This document shows positions 9,331 to 19,981 of a stretch of 46,010 nucleotides of DNA, in pieces. How positions within the stretch are numbered: position 1 is the first letter of the stretch; every line of letters begins with the position of its first letter. This DNA is from Synechococcus sp. (GTDB lineage Bacteria > Cyanobacteriota > Cyanobacteriia > Thermostichales > PCC-7336), in contig JBFRWD010000046.1 of NCBI GenBank assembly GCA_051439425.1, positions 1-46,010 of the forward strand, given 5' to 3'. The notes beneath the pieces were generated by a model that was given only the letters and a program-made list of their open reading frames with translations, did not search any database and was not told the origin of the DNA. A program made the translations under genes and the position numbers.

Positions 9331-10356
9331 TTAGGATGGGGCGGACTGGGCAGGTGAATCGCTTTTGTACTCGATCAACACAGGCTCTTTTCGTCTCAAG
9401 CGATTGAGACCGTATCTAAATTGACCCACCATTTGGGGAAATTTGGAAAGGGTGCAGTAGGCAGAGTACAGGCGAGAATGTTGCGGACTATCTGCATACT
9501 CCTGACGGCGATAGCGATAGATCTTCCATCCTAAAATCCCGTAAACCAGCAACAGCAATAGGCTTAAGCCGTATGTAGGAATTGCCAGCCCCACACTAAT
9601 CACCGGCAAAATTAGCCCGTATACCCAACCGCTGCTAACTTCTTTTCGCATGTACTTTTCAGGAGTGGCACCATATCGAGCATTCCCCTCGGCAATGGCC
9701 CACCCGCCGCGCACCGATCGCTTCCACCACTGTCCAAACTGGTGAATTGCGGCATCGTGCAGGGTCATATCGGCATCAATACGCCAAATTTTCCATCCCT
9801 TACCCCGCAACCGAATGCACATTTCCGGCTCTTCACCGGCAATCAGTTTGGGGTTATAACCCTTAACCTGGCGAATGGCATCTACGCGCATCAACGCGTC
9901 GCCGCCACAGGCATTGGCTTCTCCCAGCAAGGTATTCCACTCCATATCGGCCAGTTGGTTGTACGGAGACGCGTCTGGGAATCGTTCTCGCCGTCGCCCA
10001 CACACCACAGCCACCGATTCATCCTTGGTAATAAAATCGAGAGCAACTTTCAACCAACCTGGCACCAGCTCGCAATCTCCATCAATGAATTGCACGTACT
10101 GAATATCAGGATGGTGTTCCAACAGATAGGCGAATCCAGCGTTGCGGCCGCGAGCCATGGTGAACGGGAAAGACATATCCAGTTCAACCACCTTCACCCC
10201 TAACTGCTCAGCTGCTTTAATGCTGTTGTCTGTTGACCCCGAGTCAACATACACAACCGGCATATCTGGGGGAAGTTGAGCTTGCAAGGACTGGAGACAG
10301 CGCACTAGACGCTCGCCCTCATTACGTCCAATGGCAACGACTCCGACAGAATCCAT
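9331..10356 (-). CDS. Glycosyltransferase family 2
   Basis: IGRNEG, YVDSGSTD, FIDGD, GEEPE motifs; C-terminal TM helices. Confidence 0.9.
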   Translation of the reverse strand: MDSVGVVAIGRNEGERLVRCLQSLQAQLPPDMPVVYVDSGSTDNSIKAAEQLGVKVVELDMSFPFTMARGRNAGFAYLLEHHPDIQYVQFIDGDCELVPGWLKVALDFITKDESVAVVCGRRRERFPDASPYNQLADMEWNTLLGEANACGGDALMRVDAIRQVKGYNPKLIAGEEPEMCIRLRGKGWKIWRIDADMTLHDAAIHQFGQWWKRSVRGGWAIAEGNARYGATPEKYMRKEVSSGWVYGLILPVISVGLAIPTYGLSLLLLLVYGILGWKIYRYRRQEYADSPQHSRLYSAYCTLSKFPQMVGQFRYGLNRLRRKEPVLIEYKSDSPAQSAPS

Positions 10357-10689
10357 TACTCGTAGCCTCAAGAAAAACAGTCGATGGGACGGCTATGTCA
10401 GGGAAGAACCAACCCTAGCAGAGAAGAAGCATCGTTCATCAGTCGGGCTTCGTCTACACCCACGCTTTTTGTGAAGAGTCCAAAAACTTCAGATAGATTG
10501 GGATCTTCCACCAAACATACAGAGGTGCGCTCCATAATTAGAGCCGCGCCCTCATTGCTTTGGCTGTAGCTATAACTATTGATTAACTATTTAAGTGGGC
10601 TATTGCAGATTTCTCTGTTCTCAAATCGACTGAGAGAAGAATGGGCTATCAATGCTGTCAAAAGCAGCCCGCAAAATCAATGTTGAACA

Positions 10690-11478
10690 TCAATCAGCTT
10701 GAAATCTGGCAACATGCTGCTCCGGAAACTCTGGGGGCCGGTAGAGTTTCACAAACTGCATGGGAAGCAGCCAAAGCAAAGGCAGACTTTCCAATAAATA
10801 ACGTTTCCACAGCCGACGTGGTTCACTCAGCAGACGATAAAGCCACTCAAGACCGCCATTGCTCATCCAGCGAGGGCAACGCTTGAGACTACCGGCCTCA
10901 AAATCTAACGCAGCTCCAATAGCTAGGAATACTTTGACATTAGGTAGTTTTTGCTGATTATTAGAAATCCAAATCTCCTGCTTAGGTGCCCCCAAACCGA
11001 CAGCAAGAGCAGTAGCCCCTGATTGGTTAATCCTTTCGTTAATGTACTCGCACTCCTGGGGGTCAGTATGAAAGCCGTACGGAGGAGAGTAGACATCTAC
11101 AATCATCTCGCGGCCAGCTTCGGTATTAACTCTTTGTCGAACAGCATCAGCTACGCCTTCAGCTGCTCCCAACAAGAACAGTTTGACCTCAGGATCCGCT
11201 TTGTAACGTTCAATGTAAGCGGGCAAGAGATCGGAGCCAGAAATTTTCTCTTGAACGGTGTTGGAGTAGAAACAGTCAGTGATGAACTTAATAATCTGAC
11301 TGTCACAAACCCTATAGGTTGCCGAAGAATAGGCTCGATAGAACTCAAAGTCTTTCTGCAGCTTCATCAAGTGATCGACATTCAACGTGAATACCGAGCC
11401 ACCATCTTTGAGACTATCAAGAAGATCTTGCTTAGTCAGATTGTGGAGAGAAGTGTTTAAAATTCGAACTCGATTCAT
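10690..11478 (-). CDS. WecB/TagA/CpsF family glycosyltransferase
   Basis: TLNVDH, ISGSDL, VGLGAPKQE, GLEWLYRLLSEPRRLWKRY; likely start MNRVRIL at 11478. Confidence 0.92.
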   Translation of the reverse strand: MNRVRILNTSLHNLTKQDLLDSLKDGGSVFTLNVDHLMKLQKDFEFYRAYSSATYRVCDSQIIKFITDCFYSNTVQEKISGSDLLPAYIERYKADPEVKLFLLGAAEGVADAVRQRVNTEAGREMIVDVYSPPYGFHTDPQECEYINERINQSGATALAVGLGAPKQEIWISNNQQKLPNVKVFLAIGAALDFEAGSLKRCPRWMSNGGLEWLYRLLSEPRRLWKRYLLESLPLLWLLPMQFVKLYRPPEFPEQHVARFQAD

Positions 11479-11866
11479 GCTAGAAAAAGCTGCACTAACG
11501 GTTGTCAAGTGTTTCAAACAGGGAGCCTTAAGATCGTGCAAGCACCTGTGGGGTGGCGCGAGCTACGACTGGGCTGCATTGGCACTTTTCTGAAGAGCTC
11601 TTTACTGAATCTGAAAAATCAATTCCTAAAAAAGCTTCAGACCAGAGGGTGAATGAGACCTAATACATCAGCGCTTCGAGAACCTTGTGCCAAACCAAAA
11701 CGTTCGAATATTTCTAGAAACTTATGTTCGAATTATTCGAATGAAACGTAAGGCAGACAATCTGTCCAAGGGATTTGAAAGTTATGCTTCGGCGATTGTA
11801 ACACCAGGTCTTTACCTTTCAAGTAGCCATGAATGCACTTTGGCCTGCCCCCTACGAAAGTGAGAT

Positions 11867-11908
11867 AATTTACAGCTAACCCGTAGGTTGAGATGTATGA
11901 AATCATAC
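11867..11908 (-). promoter_or_regulatory. Putative NtcA-activated promoter
   Basis: Minus strand GTA-TGATTTCA-TAC (11908-11895), exactly 22 nt, then TAAATT (11872-11867), matching GTA-N8-TAC-N22-TAN3T. Confidence 0.6.
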
Positions 11909-12289
11909 TCTAGCGTGAAAAATCAAAACCTTGTGTATTTACAGGAACATGTGCCTTATCCAGTACTACCTGTAGGAAGTCAAATAGTCGAGAGGTATGA
12001 ATGTCGACATAAGTTCAAAATTGTATGCCATTTTAGTCGAGCTAGAATCAAATAGCGCTTTTTGATCGAAGATCTGGTGTGCAAATTGGGGCGTTCGCAA
12101 ATTAAGGCTGAATGCTACGCATAGTAACCTCGTAGCTCTATCTTCCTGAATCATCTTGTATCCGCATAAGAGTTACGGCTTAGCGCAATCTTTAGCACGA
12201 GCTATCTCCGTCACCGAAAACAGGCCGAACGGACAGCTCCGCCTGCGATCTCCACTACAATCCCCGATCGGCGAAGTTAGAGATTGCTT

Positions 12290-13099
12290 TCAAGCTGTGT
12301 GAGGTCTGAATAGATGAGCATGTGAAGGATGATAGAGGCGTGAACGCAGCTCCATCTCAGCTTTGTGGAAAGATGTATCTAGTGCGGGACTAATAATATA
12401 GAGAACAGTGCGGGTGAGTTCATGGCGTTTGGTTAGCTCGTGCAGTTGATGTAAACGACCGGTCAAAATCTGTTCGTCTGGCCAACCAATTCGATAGCAA
12501 ATCGCTATCGGCGTATCCGACTCATAGTGCTCGGACAAGGTTGCCTGCACATTTCTCGAATGATGGGCGCTGAGATACAGGCACAAAGACGCTCCATGAG
12601 CGGCCATCCCGGCTAAATCTTCACTGCTAGGTACCGAGGTGCGACCAGTAGCGCGGGTCAGGATGATGCTTTGTACGAGGTTAGGTACAGTCAGTTCTAC
12701 TTTAAGGCGGGCGGCTGCAGCCTGAAATGCGCTGACTCCAGGAACCACATCAAAGTCAATGCCGGCCTCCAGCAGGGCTACTGTCATTTCTTGCTGGGCA
12801 CCGTACAGGCATGGATCGCCATCTTGGAGTCTGACTACACAATGGCCAGCTTTTGCGCGAGATATCAATGTGGGGATAAAGCTTTCTAGAACCTGCGATC
12901 GGGTATCGATAATTTCAGCATCGGGTCGGCAGGCTTCCAGCATCACCTCTGGCACTAACGAACCGGCATACACCACCACATCGGCAGATTGAAGCAACCG
13001 CAAGCCTCTAACGGTTATGAGGTCGGGCTGTCCAGGGCCTGCACCAACAATGTACACTCGTCCGGCTACAATCTCGCTGGCTTGAAGCTTGCCCGTCAT
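12290..13099 (-). CDS. cobM: Precorrin-4 C11-methyltransferase
   Basis: VGAGPGQPDLITVRG, YAGSLV, GDPCLYG, VPGVSAF, CLYLS, GWPDE motifs. Confidence 0.92.
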   Translation of the reverse strand: MTGKLQASEIVAGRVYIVGAGPGQPDLITVRGLRLLQSADVVVYAGSLVPEVMLEACRPDAEIIDTRSQVLESFIPTLISRAKAGHCVVRLQDGDPCLYGAQQEMTVALLEAGIDFDVVPGVSAFQAAAARLKVELTVPNLVQSIILTRATGRTSVPSSEDLAGMAAHGASLCLYLSAHHSRNVQATLSEHYESDTPIAICYRIGWPDEQILTGRLHQLHELTKRHELTRTVLYIISPALDTSFHKAEMELRSRLYHPSHAHLFRPHTA

Positions 13100-13467
13100 G
13101 CCATCTCTCCGAAGTCAATGTGCTGAGTCGATGAAGCTACTTGGAGGCTAGAGTTTGCGATCGCATCACGCTCTTTCGCTAGGTCAGTCTACCAAGTTGC
13201 CATTCCTCATACCGCGCCAGGTAAATAGTCAGACAGAGTGCCCAAGCCCATTTCATCGCCTTCACAGACTCGCAACCGATCTCCCAAGCGCTCACCCAGC
13301 ATACTGACGAAATCCAGCGGATGCGACTGTCACAGTATGGGTTAGGTGAACTGCGATCTCGCCAGTCCACATAGGTAGAATTGTGCTCAGTAATAGATGA
13401 GCTGGCGATGCAATCACCACAAGGATGTAGGAGCGCGCAGCCAGATTTGTAAGCATTAGAAACCAAA

Positions 13468-14343
13468 TCAGACTGCTCCCATCAATTTGTAAATGAGCTG
13501 AGCCATTGCAAACTCGTAGGCATGAAATCCTGAAATCGGCGCAAACTCCATCACATCAAATCCAATGACGCGCCGCTGGCTCACTACCGAGTCGAACAAT
13601 GCTAGCGTCTGGTACCACCCTAATCCCCCCGGTACAGGCGTCCCGGTTGAGGGAAACACAGATGGATCCAGACCATCTGTATCTAGCGTAAAAAACACAT
13701 TGTCGGGAAATTCATTGGGTAGCTCAAACGACGTAATATTCTGCGGTACCAACACGTCAGCATCTAAATATCTGATGCCATATTCCTGGCGGTATTCAAT
13801 CTCCTCCACCGAGATCGCCCGCACTCCCAACTGAAACAGGGGTATCCCCAAATCCACAATTCGCTTCATTACCGAGGCATGACTGTATGGATTGCCCTCA
13901 AAGGCTTCTCGCAAGTCTCCATGTGCATCAATTTGCACGACACCTATATTTGTCAGCCCAGCAGCGAGCAATCCCTTGATGACACCATAGGTCACTGTAT
14001 GCTCTCCCCCCAGCACCACAGGAAACCCACCTGTCGAAACAATGGCCTGGGTTGCTCTAGCAATTCTGTCCACCACATCCGCGGCATCTCCGGTCACATC
14101 GATCGGGGGATGGGTATAGATGCCCTTCTCTAGGGGAATTCCTCGACCGTCCCAAGCCTCCAATTGCCAAGACGCTTCTAAAATCGCTTTGGGGCCCAGC
14201 CTCGTCCCTCCTCCGTATGACACCGATGCTTCCATGGGGACTGGTAATACTTGAAACAATGCTTCGTGCTGCTTCGGATGAGTGAGTTCCGACCCCAAAA
14301 ACACTGGGTACCCTGGAGCCGCCCATTGGTTAAACTCATCCAT
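13468..14343 (-). CDS. speB: Agmatinase
   Basis: Arginase-family motifs GGEH, DAHGDLR, SHA, DTDGLD, TGTPVPGGL. Confidence 0.88.
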   Translation of the reverse strand: MDEFNQWAAPGYPVFLGSELTHPKQHEALFQVLPVPMEASVSYGGGTRLGPKAILEASWQLEAWDGRGIPLEKGIYTHPPIDVTGDAADVVDRIARATQAIVSTGGFPVVLGGEHTVTYGVIKGLLAAGLTNIGVVQIDAHGDLREAFEGNPYSHASVMKRIVDLGIPLFQLGVRAISVEEIEYRQEYGIRYLDADVLVPQNITSFELPNEFPDNVFFTLDTDGLDPSVFPSTGTPVPGGLGWYQTLALFDSVVSQRRVIGFDVMEFAPISGFHAYEFAMAQLIYKLMGAV

Positions 14344-14475
14344 AGTTCGTGCCTCCTGCTAGTTGCCGATCTACGCTGTCGAACTGACCTTGTCACAACG
14401 AATTTTCGAGACTGCTTTCTCATACAAAAAGTCCCCAAGCTCATTTGCTTGGGGAGAAAACGATATCGATGTTTG

Positions 14476-14757
14476 CTATCGCCTGCGGGTTGGGCGTTCA
14501 CTTGAGTGGGAGCGATCGCCCGCATCCAATTGCACGCTATGACCGGCCAGTTGAGCTGACGCCTTCAAGACTTGGCGTACAGCCTTAATGGTTCTTCCCC
14601 CGCGACCGAAAATTCGGCCCTTGTTCGCTCCATCGAACGACACTCGGAGCAGGACGCGCTGGCCTCCACGGGTTGTTTCGCAATCGATAGAGAGACTGCC
14701 TCCCTCATCCAGCAATGGTTCGAGCAACAGGCGGGTCAACCCAATATAATCGGGCAT
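14476..14757 (-). CDS. khpA: KH-domain RNA-binding protein
   Basis: GRIFGRGGRTIKAVR motif; directly downstream of rpsP. Confidence 0.85.
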   Translation of the reverse strand: MPDYIGLTRLLLEPLLDEGGSLSIDCETTRGGQRVLLRVSFDGANKGRIFGRGGRTIKAVRQVLKASAQLAGHSVQLDAGDRSHSSERPTRRR

Positions 14758-14796
14758 AGGAACACCTAGGCAGACGGTGTGCTAATAATAGCGACC

Positions 14797-15222
14797 TTAT
14801 GCGCTAGCTGCCGCTTCCTCAACCTCAGCTTCAACTTCGGCGGTTGCTTCTTCGGTAGAGTCTGCAGCTGCTTCCTCTGATGCAGCTTCGGCAGCGGGCT
14901 CTTCTTTCTTGGGTGCGGGCGCTTCTTCTTTCGGCGCTGCTTCAATGGTGACGGGCTCGCTGGAGATCTCTTCGCCAGAGTTCACCATGTCGAAAATGCG
15001 AGCTTTATTCAGTAGCGCGCGCAGGGTGTCGGAAGGTTGGGCACCTTTCTTGAGCCACTTAGCAATTTCTGCTGCCTGCAGGATAGTCTCTTTGGTACGG
15101 GGGTTGTAGTAACCCAATTCCTGAATGGGGCGACCCTGGCGGCGAGCACGACTGTCGATCGCCACAATGCGATAGCTGGCTTCCCGCTTTTTGCCGTAGC
15201 GCTTCAATCGCAACTTGACCAT
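14797..15222 (-). CDS. rpsP: 30S ribosomal protein S16 with acidic C-terminal extension
   Basis: MVKLRLKRYGKK..YRIVAIDSR..LGYYNP..GAQPSDT. Confidence 0.97.
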   Translation of the reverse strand: MVKLRLKRYGKKREASYRIVAIDSRARRQGRPIQELGYYNPRTKETILQAAEIAKWLKKGAQPSDTLRALLNKARIFDMVNSGEEISSEPVTIEAAPKEEAPAPKKEEPAAEAASEEAAADSTEEATAEVEAEVEEAAASA

Positions 15223-15361
15223 GAGTTTGAAGTTCTCCTGTTTCGGTTATGTCTGGATGAGAGGAATTGTGGGGATACGATTTCCCGGACTGCTAAATAC
15301 CATCAGCAGACCGCTTATTCAAAAGCAGCACTTTAGCATACCGTAACCACCCTCGCGATCG

Positions 15362-18166
15362 CTAGACACTTTCCAAATCTCCTTTCCTCACCTCCATGGG
15401 ATTGATTTGGGTAGACGCGGGTAATGGAGGTTGAGAAGGCGTCGTTGCCGCAGCATCCGTCCCGGTGAACAGCAGGATAGGTAACTGGAGCGCACAAAAA
15501 GCAAGGCTGGCGGATAGGCAGGCGTAAACAGCATTTAATGCCGATAACCCCAGAACGACACTGAATAACGCACTGGCAGGAATAACCGTAATCCACAGCA
15601 GTCGCATGCTGCTGCGCAATGTGTTGAGAGGAGCGCTGGTCACCGTACCGATCGACGGTAACCGCAGGTCTTGCAGGCGGGCGGGCAAGGCGGGCTCGGT
15701 GTTGCAGCCTGCTTGCCATTGCTGCAATCGATCGACCCAGTAGCGGGCTACCCGTTTGAGATTGCCAGCCGTATTCCCTTCCCGGATGGCAAGGTACCCG
15801 CTCTCTGTTTCTCCGTCAGAATTGCACCACTGAATTTGAATCAGAATGAGGCGGAACCACTCGAATCGCAGCTGGGTATACCCCACGTAGCTGACAGTAT
15901 CCACGGGAAGGGAAAACTGAGTCTGTTCCCCCAGGTAAGCCAACCGATCCGAACTCAAATAGAGCAACCCCATATCCCAAAACAACGTGCCTTCGTATAG
16001 CTGTGGTTGTAACCCCGGCGAAAAACCAACCAAAACGCCAGAGCGTTCGTCGTTTACCAATCCTTGGCGGGCGAACTTTTGACCGAGCTTTAAAGCCAGT
16101 GCCTTCATACCCAGCTGGGCGACGCGGCTTTCCACCCACAACAACGCCCCAAATGTGGCAACCGTCCCAACAGCGGCAGGCAAGAAGTACAGCGAGGGGA
16201 ACAGGTTTGCGACCCCGATTGCCGCGACACCAGAGGAGATTGCCGTTGTTCCCGAAATTATCAAGATGGCCGTCAGTGCATTTCGAGATTTGACTTCTGT
16301 GGAATACACCGGTTCCCGATCGCTTTCATGACTGGAAATGGAATAGTTTTCCCGATGGGGGTCGGAGGTGAGCAGCAGTTGTTCGACCCGTTCGGCAGGG
16401 ACCTGATAGGACTTGGCGATCGCGTTAGCCCGATTTTGTAGCGATGGGTGGGTACCTAACGCCTCAGCCAGAGGATTCCACAGGGCCGGCATCTCCGCTA
16501 GCTCGGTGATAGCGGCCAGAGCGGAAATCATCGCTTCCGGGTCGCCCGTTAATTTGACAGCTCCCCAGTCGGCCTCGTACTCGTGCCGACGAGACTGATA
16601 CATCTGGGCTGCAAATGCCCCTCCCAACGCCAGAAGGGACAGCGTAAAGAAGAGGACGAAATGGTTCGCCGGATTCCACAACGTTCCCAGGAAAATCAAT
16701 ACGATCGCCCCGGTCATCAAAGTTCCTTGCGAGGCGTGATGCTTGCGTTCGAAATGGGTTAGCTCGTGAGCAATGACGGCATCCACTTCCCGTTTGTTCA
16801 GATTTTCCAGCAGGTAATCCGTCAGCATTACCGTGCCTCCCGACACCGCAAAAGCATTTGCTACCTGAGTTTCTCGGGTAGGCAGGACGTACAGTTGCTT
16901 AATCTCCACCTTGGCCGCTCTTGCTAATTCGAACACCCGATCGCGCAGCGGCCCCACCGTAATTGACTGAGGAATTAATCCCGATACTTTTGCCTGGGCG
17001 ATCTTAAATACGAACGCCGAAGCCGCTGCTCCCACTAACCAGATAATGGCCAGTCGAAAGTCTCCGGACAGCAGTAAGGGAATTGCAATGTAGATTGCAA
17101 ACACTTCTGCAATCAGTCCCTGTTCGATCACCCCTCCCAGCAACACCTTCTGCAACGAGGGGCTGACCCGGCCTATCCGTGCGATGACGGGATAAGCAAT
17201 CCACCGACAGAGCAAGCAGATAGCAACTGGAACGGCGGCTATCCCGGCAAATCCAACCGCTGATTGCATCCAGCTAGGCCACGAAACCGTAACAAGGTCT
17301 AACAGGGACTGCCACTGCATCCCCAATACTCCCAAAGCCCAGCCTCCCCAGATAAAGAGAACGGACAGGGCGTGATATTGCTGAAACTGAAAGCCGACTG
17401 ATTTCCCCTCGGTCTGCATGCGGCCAATGGCCCACTGTCTTCCTAGCGCCGTCAGTAACGGTGCAAGCAGAGCAATCGCCACCAGCGGTAGCATCATCCG
17501 TTGCACGTCTTGCCATCGGTAACCGTATTCGATGGACAACGAACCGATGCCAGAGGGTGTCGATACTTCACCCAACAGATCGAGTTCGGTCAAATCGATG
17601 CGGGAAGAGAACCGTGAAGTCCCGTTCCCAGGCCACCCGTTAGTGCTTTCGGGTTGAAAGTGAGGGGGCAGCGCATGAAAGGGAACCAGTTCCGGGAATG
17701 CCACTGCGATATTGAGTGTTTCTGTCCCGGCGTTCTGTAGCAATGCGAGTAAAGGCTGAAGATCCAGCTCGGATCGTTGCATCAGTCCCGAAGGAACGTC
17801 CGAGCGATCGCAACTTAGATAGTGACTGAAGCTGTACCGATCGCTGTAGGGAGAGTCCCATTGGGCCTGGCAGTTCTGACTTAGGCTTTCAACAGTAGAG
17901 GCCAGTTTCTGGGACAGAGACTGGGGGGGAGCGGCTTCAAACCATTGATGCAAGGTGATGGTCAAAGTTCCATCAATGGCGTACTCAATCGCTAAATCGG
18001 CATCCTCGCTGGCAACGTGGCGATGCTGTGCTCGGGCCGGTACTGCCAGCACTTGATGCAGGAGTGCGTAGAGTAGGGCTACTGCCACTAAGAGTTTTCG
18101 CAACTCACGCAACCCCAATGGCTCGGTCATCCGCTGCCATTGTCGAATCCATCGCCAGCTCATCAT
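15362..18166 (-). CDS. Large membrane M48 (HtpX/Ste24-like) zinc metallopeptidase
   Basis: ANAFA, AVIAHELTH, SRRHEYEAD, THPSL motifs; GGAAGGA RBS before ATG 18166. Confidence 0.85.
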   Translation of the reverse strand: MMSWRWIRQWQRMTEPLGLRELRKLLVAVALLYALLHQVLAVPARAQHRHVASEDADLAIEYAIDGTLTITLHQWFEAAPPQSLSQKLASTVESLSQNCQAQWDSPYSDRYSFSHYLSCDRSDVPSGLMQRSELDLQPLLALLQNAGTETLNIAVAFPELVPFHALPPHFQPESTNGWPGNGTSRFSSRIDLTELDLLGEVSTPSGIGSLSIEYGYRWQDVQRMMLPLVAIALLAPLLTALGRQWAIGRMQTEGKSVGFQFQQYHALSVLFIWGGWALGVLGMQWQSLLDLVTVSWPSWMQSAVGFAGIAAVPVAICLLCRWIAYPVIARIGRVSPSLQKVLLGGVIEQGLIAEVFAIYIAIPLLLSGDFRLAIIWLVGAAASAFVFKIAQAKVSGLIPQSITVGPLRDRVFELARAAKVEIKQLYVLPTRETQVANAFAVSGGTVMLTDYLLENLNKREVDAVIAHELTHFERKHHASQGTLMTGAIVLIFLGTLWNPANHFVLFFTLSLLALGGAFAAQMYQSRRHEYEADWGAVKLTGDPEAMISALAAITELAEMPALWNPLAEALGTHPSLQNRANAIAKSYQVPAERVEQLLLTSDPHRENYSISSHESDREPVYSTEVKSRNALTAILIISGTTAISSGVAAIGVANLFPSLYFLPAAVGTVATFGALLWVESRVAQLGMKALALKLGQKFARQGLVNDERSGVLVGFSPGLQPQLYEGTLFWDMGLLYLSSDRLAYLGEQTQFSLPVDTVSYVGYTQLRFEWFRLILIQIQWCNSDGETESGYLAIREGNTAGNLKRVARYWVDRLQQWQAGCNTEPALPARLQDLRLPSIGTVTSAPLNTLRSSMRLLWITVIPASALFSVVLGLSALNAVYACLSASLAFCALQLPILLFTGTDAAATTPSQPPLPASTQINPMEVRKGDLESV

Positions 18167-18326
18167 TCCTTCCGCGATCCATCGGCTACTCCACCCCTTC
18201 ACGATGCCCAGACAGAGGTATCGGGATCTACGTACTATTGGGTATCTGGGCGAGATGTCTGGGTTCGCTCTGCCACGCCACTTCGGTAACACCACCCAAA
18301 CCAGAGCGCGAGCGGGCAGGATCGCT

Positions 18327-19025
18327 TCAAGCTTCGGTGCTTTCCGAACCGGCAGAATTACTCTGAAATCGAGATCGCTCCCACACAATCGCCATCACCC
18401 CAAACCCAATCAGACCGACGTAGCGAGCCAGTTCGAGGGAAGCGGCAAATGGCATGGCGAGTACAATTCCCAACGCTAACAGCCAAGGATGTCCGGTGTT
18501 TCTCCACACAACCGCCGCTATGCCAATTCCCGCACACCAAGCAATCTGGGCAATCGGCCCCACCGGATGAGCCAATCTAATCAGTGTGTCGGGGGGTAAA
18601 TTTCCGGCAGCATCCAAAAGGACTTCCGGGCTGGTGGAGAGTCCTTGCCAATGACGTACAGCGCTGTTGGTGACCACAGAGAGGACGGGATCGTGAATGC
18701 TGGTGGCGATCGCGCAGCTCCACAGCAACATCTTGCTCAGAGTCGCCAGCCATCCTCCAATTCCGCGCGTCAGAGAAATTCCCGCGCACACCATCAACCC
18801 CACGCACATCAACTGAAAAAAGTGAATTGTCGCGATTTCATTTGCCAATGGCAGAGCTGACAAAAACATATTGGGGCCAAGTAATACTCTAGGCAGATGC
18901 GGCAGACTCAGAGTGGCAGCGGGAGCCGCAATCGCCAGCACGGCAAATGGCAGCTGCAGCAGAAACGATGGGCGATCGGGGCTTTCGGCGAAATCGTTCG
19001 TTACCTGCGATTCGGGGACAGTCAT
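18327..19025 (-). CDS. Hypothetical multi-pass membrane protein
   Basis: Several hydrophobic segments; co-oriented and tightly packed with neighbours. Confidence 0.6.
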   Translation of the reverse strand: MTVPESQVTNDFAESPDRPSFLLQLPFAVLAIAAPAATLSLPHLPRVLLGPNMFLSALPLANEIATIHFFQLMCVGLMVCAGISLTRGIGGWLATLSKMLLWSCAIATSIHDPVLSVVTNSAVRHWQGLSTSPEVLLDAAGNLPPDTLIRLAHPVGPIAQIAWCAGIGIAAVVWRNTGHPWLLALGIVLAMPFAASLELARYVGLIGFGVMAIVWERSRFQSNSAGSESTEA

Positions 19026-19040
19026 AGTTGGGGACCCACG

Positions 19041-19961
19041 TTAGCTACCTTCTAAGGCCAGTAGGCGATCGAGACTTCGCGGATAAGCAATCTGTTTTGC
19101 TTGCAATGCTTGCTTACCTCTTACCAACAGGTCGGTTTTATAGACAAACTCATCGCGAGCATCCATGGGATAGCTCTTTAATTTCAGGTGAGTGTACCAA
19201 GGTTTTTCAACCACGATGACGACAATCGGAAGTTTCAGCTGGGTGTATTTGCTCGTGTAAGCGGCCAGATACAGGATGCGTACGGCGGCTTTAACATCTG
19301 CCTCGCAATCGATGTAGAAATCTGTGACAACTTGGGCTTCTAACGCACCGGCATTGCTGTTGGAAATCGCATCCGACCACACGACGTTGTGGGGAATCGT
19401 GACTAGGTTGTCATCGGGAGTCTGCAAGCGCACGCTGCGCAGGCCAAACCCAACCACCTCCCCGTAAGAATCGCCAATTTGGATGCGATCGCCCAACCGA
19501 TAAGAGGATTCGTACAGCGCCAGCACCCCAGCCACAATCGAACTGGCTACATCCTTGAAGGCAAAACCTAGTGCCACAGCTACCGTCCCCCCTAACGCCA
19601 ACACATTCGCACTGGCAAAATTAATCCACAGACTCACAAGGTAAAGCGTTACCAGTAATAGAATCAGTCCTTGAATGAACGGTAGAGATTGTTTAATGGA
19701 TAGGCGAAAGCGGCGATCGACATTCTCCGATAACCACTGACTGAGGCGACGAGCGGTCTCCAATAGCAGCCAAGCCAGCAGAACTGCCACAACAGTTTTC
19801 AGAAGCCGCTGCAGATCTGGAGCTAAAAATAGACCGGGTGCGGGAGGGGGAGCCAACTCGTCTACCCCCGTCACCGATTGAATGACGGTCTCGCTGACCT
19901 GCGCCAGTGAAGCAGAAATGCTTGAAAACTGAGACATAATGCCACCAACCTCAACCCGCAA
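19041..19961 (-). CDS. Small-conductance mechanosensitive channel (MscS family)
   Basis: ALGFAFKD, YRLGDRIQIG..YGEV, LVTIPHN motifs. Confidence 0.88.
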   Translation of the reverse strand: MRVEVGGIMSQFSSISASLAQVSETVIQSVTGVDELAPPPAPGLFLAPDLQRLLKTVVAVLLAWLLLETARRLSQWLSENVDRRFRLSIKQSLPFIQGLILLLVTLYLVSLWINFASANVLALGGTVAVALGFAFKDVASSIVAGVLALYESSYRLGDRIQIGDSYGEVVGFGLRSVRLQTPDDNLVTIPHNVVWSDAISNSNAGALEAQVVTDFYIDCEADVKAAVRILYLAAYTSKYTQLKLPIVVIVVEKPWYTHLKLKSYPMDARDEFVYKTDLLVRGKQALQAKQIAYPRSLDRLLALEGS

Positions 19962-19981
19962 GTGACGCTGAATGTGTGCCG

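Noticed and set aside
13100..13466. Cobalamin riboswitch or small CDS upstream of cobM
   Set aside because: No B12-box recognised; the 95-aa ORF has no RBS or motif.
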